DNA of 64,000 nucleotides from Balanoglossus misakiensis (lineage: Eukaryota > Animalia > Hemichordata). The stretch spans positions 4,603,097-4,667,096 of the forward strand of contig CM082598.2 of assembly GCA_040954595.2 (NCBI GenBank), read 5' to 3'. This document shows positions 54,461 through 64,000 of the stretch, piece by piece. The number at the start of each line of letters is the position of its first letter. Position 1 is the stretch's first letter. A program made the position numbers and the translations under genes. Under the pieces are notes generated by a model. The model saw only the letters and a list, made by a program, of their open reading frames with translations. It had not been told where the DNA came from and did not search any database.

Positions 54461-55351
54461 TCTGTCTCTTTCTCTCCCTCTCTCCTGTGGGGGGGGGGGA
54501 GACAGACAGATATGGAAACGAGAGAGATCTTATAAGCTAAAATATAGCCACACTAAACGTCTCTTATGGCAGGATTGACCTGATTGACAACTTGACAAGG
54601 GTCACCGGAGGGTTGTAAATTAAAAAGTGTGTGTGGCCTCAGACTATACACCCACATCCACTGTGATGATTGATGTTAACCCAAAGGTCCCATCAACAAC
54701 ACTTTTCAATGGTTAATCATATTATTATGTACGCTTTCTTGGCAGGAGCCAATTGATTTCATTCATTTCAGAAGACGGTTCTTATATCAGATATATTGTA
54801 CTAGTTCTTTAAAAGATTTCACTAAATTTCTTATTTTGTTTTAATACATCTTAATCATTCTTACATTAGAGAAGTTCAGCAATTGACTTTTTCTAATCAC
54901 TGCACATTTATGCATAAACTGTTCATTGTGTTATAGACTGCCTATGATTGTGTTAAAAATCGTAAATATCGCTGTCAGTGTTCAAATACCACCTCAGGCC
55001 ATCTTTGGTAGCCTGGCAGTGTTTAATCGGGTGGAGACTTCAACTTTACTGTGTGGCTGTGCTGACCTCAGCAATTAACCTGTTCTGGAAGACCTGTTTA
55101 GAATTTGAACCATGAATTAAAGCGATACAGTCACCTCTAATTTCCATATGCCCATATATGGTTAAAGGGCCTGGGTATATCTTCAAATGAACATGTGACA
55201 TAATTATGTGCCACCACCCAAAAGTCTGTGATTGGATAAATTTCAACAACAAAAACGACAATTATTACTTCAAAAGCGTTTTCTCGAAATTCCACAATAC
55301 AGATTGTGATTATACCACACACTACCTTTGGGTAGTCCTCTACATTAAACT

Positions 55352-55692
55352 AGGGACAAAGTCTCTCTCTCTCGCTGCCCTTTTCTCATTAATTATGTTT
55401 GATACAAGACACTATTTGTGTTATTCTACATGTAGATATATAGTGGATGTATAGTGACCGCACACAACTTCCATCCCACTTGTAGACATGAGAGTGAAAC
55501 ACTCACCAAAATGAATAATCGGTCTTTACCGTTTATTCATTTTGGCAAGATTTTTACTCTCATATCCTACAAACCGGATGGAAGTTGTGTGTGGTGGAAC
55601 GTTGATTCACTATATATCCAGATGTAGAATAACATAAATGGTGTCTTGCATCAAACATGGAAAAAGGGCAGCGAGAGACTTTGTCCCTTTAA
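55352..55692. mobile_element. Family C fold-back MITE (~340 bp, almost entirely palindromic, AGGGACAAAGTCTCTC termini, TTAA on the right)
   Basis: Arms are reverse complements up to a central CGGT-CTTT-ACCG hairpin (55520-55531). Confidence 0.8.
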
Positions 55693-57353
55693 ATTCCAGA
55701 TCATGTTTTCCAGACATTAAACCCACATTCCTTTGTACAAAGTTTCAGCATCGATGACACACTGACGTTTGCCACAATACCGGCCTTCAGAACAGTCTCC
55801 ATTTCCTCCTTTCAATTTAAAAGATATTAAAATTGTTGCAAATAAAACGCTCAGATTACAGACACTGACTTGCACCGGTTTGACGCTAATTTGACAGACT
55901 TTGCACCATGTGGCCTGTGTGTAATGTGAGCCCCACGTCACTCTTGTAACCACGGCGATGAAAAACAAGCTCTCTTGATTGTAGATAATCCCGATGATTA
56001 TTTGGTAATGTGAATCTTACCGCTGAATGCGAGGTTGTGATTGTCACGTCCTTCAATCAAGATGCTGCTGTCAATGCTAGCATTGCAATTAAATCGACTA
56101 GATTTTTTGTTAGATCAATCACATAAGTGCTGGAATAAAATTTCAAATGAAATAGCATATTTTCGTGCCTGTACATGCAGTTCATTGTTGTGCTCTAGCT
56201 TAGAAACATTCTGACAGGTGACTTGCTGTTGTTGTTGTTGTTGAAAGCTGAAATGCACTTTGTTAAAGTGAAGGGGTTGTCGCGTGGCTGTTGTTTGTTT
56301 ATAAACATTACAATTCATCCATAAATCCCTCAAATAAGATAATTCTTAGAATGAACGAAGCAGGCAACCATAGCGTAGACTGGGCATGACAGCAACTGAA
56401 GATCCTAGTAGGTCGTGGCGACTGCAGTGGGGTTTGTGCTAGTATGGGAGGACATATATCAAGGGGGACACCCACGCGGCGCGACGACCCCTTCCCTTTA
56501 AGGGTGGTACCAAGGTAAACAAAAACAGTAGTAGAAATCTCAGACAAAAAAAGGAAAACCCAAATGCACAGATATTAAAAACTAACATATGAAAACAATC
56601 AAATGTCTCTGCAGCCTTTAAAATACTTCTCATCACTTCCTTTCAGGCCCAGTGAAGATCAGTGATAGCTATACACATCTATCAACATCGAAAAACGTCT
56701 TAATACGAATTTACCACAGACGATATGGACTATTATTCTCGCTAACCACACATAACCAAGCAGCATCACTTGAGGACACAATCAATGATGAACACTTCCC
56801 ATTTGGAGCAAAGCAGTAATTCACATAAAACAATATATCTCTTGCACACTATATTTATTATAAGGCCACTGTTGTTTTGTGACTGAATAAGAAGAAATGC
56901 TATGACTTCAGTTCAATGAACTAACAAGGATGTTAAAATACACCCCCCCCCCCCCCCCCAAAATAAAAAAATAACATCACCAAAACTGTTGTTTTCAAAA
57001 ACATGCAATAAAAAGGCAGGTATTTGACCCATTAATTTACTGAAATATTGCATTTTGGATTTTTTTTCTTTTTCCTGATATTTTTGCTAGTCAGTACCAA
57101 TTTCCTCAGGCTAAATAGAGTACATTTCCTGACAACTTGTGGAATTTTATATCTGATAAAGACTTCATTTGGAGACGAATTGTAGTCAGCAAATTTAATC
57201 ATGGTTTGATCAATTTGAGCTTAAAGGTGTAAAATGCATTCATCCATTGACTGCCATTGTACTTTTTGTATAAGCCCCATGCCTATGCCATTGAAGAAAT
57301 ACTATTGACCCTTCCCAGTCAGGGTCCCAGTTCCACGAGTTATTTTTCAAATT

Positions 57354-57562
57354 TTAACCCTTTCACCACCATGGTTCAGTCCAAATCTATTGTTTTCTAT
57401 GGTAAAATTGGACCTCTATACAGAGGGAAATGGGGGTAAAAGGGTTCAACAAATATATATTTTTCAAATTTAACCCCTTCACCACCATGGTTTGGTCCAA
57501 ATCTATCGTTTTCAATGGTAAAATTGGACCTCTACAGCGAGAAATGGGAGTGAAAGGGTTAA
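57354..57562. mobile_element. Two tandem copies of the same piggyBac-like MITE (~116 bp period)
   Basis: Both are reverse complements of 14077-14171, and the flank tatttttcaaatt is duplicated with them. Confidence 0.8.
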
Positions 57563-58318
57563 ACAAAATATATCAGTTTAAAGCTATTGATATCATTTAA
57601 AATTAATGATACACTTTTTTGAATGAATGTGAACTAAACAAATTGTCAATAAATCTACTGATAAAAAAATTCATGTTTGTATAACTGACAGAAATGAAAG
57701 ACTGCAAACAAACCCTGAAGGAATCAAGCAGACAGAGAAATTGACTGATCTGCTTTTTCTGTATTAGGGTTAAAGGTCATCTAGTTGGCAAACAAATAAA
57801 AAGGGTGTTTGGTACATTTTCATTGCTTATTAAAATAAAACCAAACGTGTAAATCTAGGGCAGATTAAAAAAGGGGGCGTCTGTCTGTTATTAGATTAAA
57901 ACTGAAATTCACGACAGCGAATAATAAACATACAGCTACACGTATATCACCTGGATACGCTGCGATATGTAAAACTGAGGTGGATTTTATTTACCTTACA
58001 CTGGTTGATAGGAAACTATGGTTTGCAGTACCGTTGCGTACACTCATAATTTGCACTGGCTTTTAAAATTTACGGGTATACTTCCATTAATTGTGAATCG
58101 CGAAAATTTTACTGCGTGAAAGGGGCCCCTACATTTTCCCTGAAAACTGTTGAATTGAGTGGGAGTATCAATTATAATCACATGCAGTGGATGTCGAGAT
58201 GCAGTAGACGTCTGTGTTGAAGACGAAAACTGCAAACCGCATATACAGTAATTGTGCGTGTATGTATGTATACACAGCGTGTGTTGTCAGGGAGCGGAGT
58301 TGTCAATTTTCTACTGAC

Positions 58319-58830
58319 CTGAATTGAATCCGTGGAATTCCGAGTGCGAGGATACGAAGTCGTTGTAATTATCGGCGGAATGAAACCCAATCTCAGAGTC
58401 TGGCTTTGCGTCCGTCCGGAGAAGCTCGCTGATGATGTAGGTGTCGGCCGTGTGAATATAAACACTAGCTGCGAAGAGAGACCGGGATACGATGTGTGTG
58501 CCTTCACCAGCCTATTCCCAGTACTGAGGAGACGCCGTCACCATGACAGACCCGGGTGTATACAACTGCAATGGAAAAGATGCGGAGATACAGTCACGCA
58601 GATTCCTGTATTCCGTCAACAAAGAGAGAGAACGCCGGACCCAGCTTCCTGTACTCTCAAACCAAGGCTGTCACCTCAAACGCAGCACAGCGATGCCATC
58701 GCAGCTCAATGTCAAAATTACTCAAAGCTAAACTGCGATACTGAGGATGGATAATGCGAAGCAGAACGCACATCAGCGACGATCGCTTGATTCAGTGCGC
58801 TGTTGCATCAGTAGGGCAGCACTCCCCGTG
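58319..58830 (-). promoter_or_regulatory. CpG-rich candidate alternative promoter and first exon
   Basis: Marked CpG density in AT-rich surroundings, donor CAG|gtcagt at 58318, short uORF (MVTASPQYWE*). Confidence 0.4.
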
Positions 58831-60475
58831 CCAATTAAAAACCTGCGTTCTTTTTTTTTTCAGCTGTTCTATCAAAGTTCACTGTTCCCTGAAATCAGAT
58901 TGGATTTAAAGCACGGCCTTGGTAACATTTAAATGCAAGGCAGCAAAATGAGCAAGGTTTTTACTGTTCAAAGCTTTTTACTGTTCGATTGTCTCATCAG
59001 AATTCTTTATTTAAATATTCTTTGGAGTTAGAAACATACATGTAGATCTCATAAATGCATTACTTTTAACCCCCAAAAATACATTAATAAAAGTAGATTT
59101 CTCAGAATCCTTTCAAACCTTTTAGATCTCTGTATGAAAATCGAGAATATTGAACTGCTCATCCAAAGGTTCTGAAGCCTATGGAATAAAATTGAATTTT
59201 GCATAGATTTCTAAAATTCCAAGAAATGTTTTTTTTTCTTCTCTCTGTATGTCTGTTGATCCTTTCCTTCTTGTATCATCAATGAAAAATGATTTCGAAA
59301 AAAAATGATTTTGAAAAATTATTTTCCTTCTTTTCATGTATTTTCACTGAAACGGATCTTTAAAAAAAATATTTTCAATATCCAACCCTCACAGCTGTGA
59401 TATCCCCAACAGCAGTAATAAATCTTTTGCATACGTGTATGCTAAAAGCATTTTTCAATACCATTCCATAAAGCATAAACACACAAAAGCTTAATATGCC
59501 AAACAAAACTATACAAATACTTAATTACCAAGGTAAACTCACATTTTGGTGGTTCAGGATGGCCTATTAAAGGGCACTTAATTTTGTCAAAAGCTTTTGT
59601 TTCAATAAAAAGCATATAAATTAAAAAAACGTGGAATTTTATGAGGAAAGGAAAATTAAACGTTAATCCGAAATAAATGCAAATCATGTCATAACACAAC
59701 AAATTTGAACAGATGTTTTCAATGGTTGCATAAAGCCAGTGACATTTTAGATATGTATTTATTCAACCTGCTTGTTAAAATTGGAATAGTCCGTATGTTT
59801 TTAAAATTCTTATCATTCATAGCAAATATTTTCTAAAGGTATAACTAGTCAGTTTTAAGGCATTTCAATACAGTCTCAGGTTTTCCATCAGCAATGCAGT
59901 GAAATTGCATATCATTGAGAGTATGATATATTAATTGAAAGCGAAACCAACAAAAGAACCAAAAAAATAAATTGACTTCCAAAGCAGTATTAATTTCATG
60001 CCAAATAAATACCACCATATAATGAACAGAAGACCTAATGTAATTAGGAAAATTCTAATCATGCTTTTCCTTTATTTATTACTTACAAGTGTATGTGTAC
60101 ATAGATTTTGTAATTATAGTTCCATTATGAAATGAACATTAAAGGGACATTGTTCATGATTAATTTGGTCATTTTAGTTCTTCTGTATAGTTATATAATA
60201 GGTTATTCACAAACAATTATAGCTATGTATAGACCAGGTTTCTGCATACAATGAATAGGATAAGCTGTAAGGGAGACTGTCCATTGAAATGCCATATGTG
60301 TGGAGCTGAGTCCATATGTGGCCATATTTTGTGAATAACTCCATTATTAATAGACCCCCTTATTAAAGGGGAAGTGTCGTTTGAACTGCACATGTGCCAG
60401 TTTTCTGGAAACCTTTCTGCAAGATGCATATACTACCTTAACATGATCTTGAAACATGTCTAAAGTTCTGCTTAC

Positions 60476-60558
60476 CTGGCTAAGACAGCATAATTTATGG
60501 TATGCGTCAGGAATGACATCACTGTTTCTTTGTTTATCATCAGCGAGTGGCTAGGTTT
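60476..60558 (-). CDS. Candidate upstream exon, 83 nt, with ATG at 60540 (MINKETVMSFLTHTINYAVLA), ending in phase 2
   Basis: Near-consensus acceptor cttttcttttctcag and donor CAG|gtaagc. Phase matches exon 40425. Confidence 0.5.
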
Positions 60559-61093
60559 CTGAGAAAAGAAAAGTTTATTGAAAATTACCAAATATTTTCA
60601 ATAACTTGAACACCTACAATCACTTAGAAGTTAGAAAATGAGTATATATTTACACTATTTTTATTTTCTGGGTTTTGAGAAGTCATTAGATATATTTTTA
60701 AGGTGTCATATAGTATATACCGGTAGACAGTTATAGTTTCAGCATGACATGAAATTGAAAGTATTTGGGGCATTATGAAATTCACAGACTGTATCCAAAT
60801 ATTGATGTTATTTGCTCATGGAATATGTCAAAACTTGATTGTTAGAGATCTGCTGTTACTTGCAGCTCAGGGTGAGTGAATTTTACCTGTTCTTGGTGAT
60901 TGGATGTTTATGATAGCATCAGAAATTGTCACTGCAGTTGTATGCGATTCTTCTATGTGGTGTGCACAGTTCTGCATACATGGATTGGACATGTACCTGA
61001 GTCATAAAACACAGAAACTCAAATTTCATTGCTATTTCCTTTTATATGCTTCCAATATGTGAAACTCAAAGCTAGCATCTAAATGTGTCTCTA

Positions 61094-61288
61094 TTAAAGG
61101 TATACAGTCACCTCCAATTTACATACACCCATATATGGCTGAAATGGCATATTTGAGTGTTCTAAAGAACATATGGTGGCACTCTTTATTTTCGCGTGTG
61201 CCACCAACTGAAAATCTGTGATTGGCTAGATCTCAATTTGCCATGGTAACTATAGCTAATTTCCCGATAGGTGACCGTATACTTTTAA
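61094..61288 (+). mobile_element. MITE family B copy (degenerate pieces also at ~10066-10105, ~44620-44755, ~55117-55240)
   Basis: TTAA-flanked, near-identical to 38387-38579. Confidence 0.8.
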
Positions 61289-61405
61289 AAGGTCAGACAT
61301 CTGCTTACTAAAACTGTGTGAATTTCCTGTCAAACTATCTAAAATGTAAGTAAAATGTAAATGTACACCATTGCCTTAATTCTAAGATGCACTGGTTGCA
61401 AGGTA

Positions 61406-61616
61406 CTATAAAACGCGTTATTTTCGCGAGCAATAAATTTTCGCGAAATACGCGAGAGCCAAAAAAAATCGTGAAAATAGAAAGTCACATAAAATGGTTT
61501 TTCGGAGATGACGATGCAGTTAGTGAAATACAAGAACGCGAAAATTACTCCTTGCATAACAGTTGCCTATTTTGATTTGCGAAAATTTCCTGTCGCGAAA
61601 ATAACCTGTTTTACAG
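61406..61616 (+). mobile_element. MITE family A copy (fragments also at ~3815-3846 and ~30062-30120)
   Basis: Same TIRs and body; TA flanks. Confidence 0.8.
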
Positions 61617-61815
61617 TACGTCCCCCAAAGTGTTTCATTACAGTGTCCCTGAATGTGTCCCTCGAGGGTTTCTTCACAGCTAAGTGCTAAAAATGCCCAA
61701 GGCTGCAGCCATGCATTGTCATAAACCACAGGCCCTTTACAGCAACAGCATACTACCGCGTTTATCATAAAGATTTTTACATCTAGCAGAAAAAAAGCTT
61801 TGCTCGCAAAAATGT

Positions 61816-61948
61816 AGTCTAGTATCTAGCCATACGTGTTTTTCATGTTTTTCGCATTTGCTCCTACGCTACTGTCTAGGAATGTGCACTGACATTTGAC
61901 TAAAACAATAAAAATGCGATAAACATGCATAGCTACATACTAGACTAG
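61816..61948. repeat. Imperfect inverted repeat, likely a MITE remnant
   Basis: TAGTCTAGTATCTAGC pairs with GCTACATACTAGACTA; the inner TCGCATTT pairs with AAATGCGA. Confidence 0.55.
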
Positions 61949-62044
61949 CAAAAATGCAGTTTAGTTGGTATATTGCATGTCATGGTATGTATACATGTAT
62001 ACAGAGACAAGAATTCCAAAGGTGGAATAAAAGTATAGTACTAA

Positions 62045-62221
62045 CAGTAAAACCTGACAAAACCAAACACTGTCTAATCTGGAAACCTATCTATACCGAA
62101 CACATTTTCAAGTCCATTTCACATAGAAACACTTGTTAAAAGACCGTCTATAAACCACTCACCTCTGCAAACCGAACAATTTCTTCAGCACTTTGGTATC
62201 CAGTTTAGACAGGTTTTACTA
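62045..62221. mobile_element. Family E MITE
   Basis: CAGTAAAACCTG...CAGGTTTTACTA|TA; shares ggaaacct.tctataccg and gaacaatttcttcag with 1784-2076. Confidence 0.7.
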
Positions 62222-63415
62222 TAGTTGAGGATGAATTCCCACGATGAAGACCATGGTTGACTTGTTCTAAAAATAGCAAAAAATCGTTACTAAAAAAGGT
62301 TAGAAACTTCACAAGTGTGGGGTGTAAAAATAGATAAGTCAAACCAATACACACTAAATGGAGAGAATAAAAACAGGAAAATTCAGGTTCAGCCGAAATG
62401 CCCTGTTTTTTATTCATGGTGATCAAGCTTGTCTAATTTATTGACCTGTTCTCCTGAGACACACTTTACATGTATTTTCTTAATACCTGCTCTACAAACA
62501 CTCGAAAAACTCCCAAAAATAATTTCCAAGCTTTACTGAATAGCCCTGTGCTATCTCATGGCAACAAGGTTGTTATATTGATTGAAGATCAATAAGAATC
62601 TTGTGCCTTTGACATTAAGGGTGTAGGATCGGTAAAGTTGAAATTATTGCCGTTTTTATACTAGTATTTGCAAAGTTATCAAAATAAGTCATAAAATATA
62701 TGGGTCACCTTTCTAATCTATGAAATATAACGCCGTGAATTTTAAATGAAAAGATTTTTAACCAGTGATAACTCCTGCAATGAAATTTTCCCTGAATTAA
62801 ACACAACATTGTTTGTAACAAGATAATTATCTGAGAGATGTCAGTCAAAATCTATCAGTGAAATGTATTTTCAGTTGAATGATGGTCTGATTCTTCTGAT
62901 ACTTGTTGTCTAATGCAAAGAATGTTACCTTGAACATCCGCCTATTTATTTTCAAGTGTGTTTTCGTGCAGTCCCAATTTTGCACACAAAACAAGGGCTT
63001 ACAAATTTTTCTATAGTGTTTACAGTCCTACAAACACACCATTAACCTAGCACACTCGCTACAATCACCGAAGCTAAGGCATAAGAACCAAGGGACCGCC
63101 CTCATCAACAAAGCCTTCAGGCTAACTCCCACGAATGTTGACACGCCCCCCCCCCCCGTGATATCAATTGATTCTGCCCTTAAATTTGCACATCTTTGTA
63201 CACACGCAACATTGTTACTTTCAAAACAAGAAACGTACAACACCAGAAATATACTAACTACTGTTCGTGTTATTAGAAATGATTCCAGGTAATTCAAAAC
63301 GTGTGTCAAGGGGATGGTTTATGATAAAACAGCCGTGCAATATATACTCCGCTGACCCCTGACACTGTTAGTTTTACAAGTTGGAATCATCCCCAATAAC
63401 AATCTTCGTTCTTAC

Positions 63416-63890
63416 CTGGAATATTAGAGTAATGTCCGATTTATTGTACTACAATACACACTTCCCGAAATGTGCTGTTATGCAATAAATTTATTATTGG
63501 CGTTATTATGATTATTAAAGACATGATGCCTTACCGTCTAGATGTAAATATCTTCGTCGGCTGTGAGTGAGAGCAACAAGTCACACATGCACAGGCGGGT
63601 CGATATAAGATACAAGTTTGCAGTGCACACGTCCGTCCGGATCCGGTATTGTAATGTAAATGCGGTTTAGAAATTATGGCTTCTTGAAGTCCTGAGCTGC
63701 TCCTGCTGTACGCGAGGTTATTTCTGCACGGTGAAGTTGTCCACAAGTGTATATAAAATACAATTTAACACCAGCTCTCACACACAAATATGCACGTTTT
63801 CCATTTTGTTTTGGCAGACGACATTTCCATGCGCACTCGCACTGCGCAATGTTTGGGATGACGTGATGATGATGTCATTGCGCGTATTCT
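63416..63890 (-). promoter_or_regulatory. CpG-rich candidate promoter and non-coding first exon(s), with donors at 63534 and 63415
   Basis: CpG enrichment, donors ACG|gtaagg and CAG|gtaaga, CRE-like TGACGTGA (~63858) and TGCGCA motifs upstream. Confidence 0.4.
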
Positions 63891-64000
63891 CAGTGACTTG
63901 AGAGAGACTGTGATAGATTTCAGTGGTATCAAAATTGTAACTATCCAAGTAATTATACGTCTTTCTCTCAGGCTGTGGAAAAGAACAGAACGGGAATATT

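Noticed and set aside
1-64000. Autonomous transposase, reverse transcriptase, tRNA or rRNA genes
   Set aside because: No ORF or motif for DDE, RT, tyrosine recombinase or HUH proteins, and no tRNA/rRNA signature was recognised by eye.

Overview
AT-rich animal genomic DNA, probably from a marine invertebrate (inferred from repeat style and GT-AG introns, not proven). It is not prokaryotic: no rRNA, tRNA, CRISPR array or operon was found. The one well-supported protein-coding gene is a minus-strand, spliced wax ester synthase/diacylglycerol acyltransferase (WS/DGAT, AtfA/WSD1-like). Its phase-consistent exons are 19822-19974, 16766-18447, 16194-16274 and 15378-15758, giving about 754 aa from the ATG at 19942, followed by a ~3 kb 3'UTR ending at an AATAAA at 12324-12329. 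The catalytic motif is a variant, MHPCLTDG instead of HHxxxDG, and is preceded by a hydrophobic helix and a Cys cluster. Splice signals suggest the gene extends about 45 kb further upstream through candidate exons at 63.5 kb, 60476-60558, 58.3 kb and 40319-40425. The 60.5 kb and 40.3 kb exons join the gene in frame. A stop-containing 85-nt cassette exon (36039-36123) lies between ~125-bp inverted repeats. The left 11 kb appears to hold alternative first exons and promoters of a second minus-strand gene that runs off the window. The rest is dense with non-autonomous DNA transposons (TA-, TTAA- and 7-bp-TSD families), a ~181-bp satellite, microsatellites, and a double-hairpin element at 47321-47635 whose mismatches are largely strand-specific tandem GA pairs. 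Nearly all short ORFs in the supplied track are spurious.
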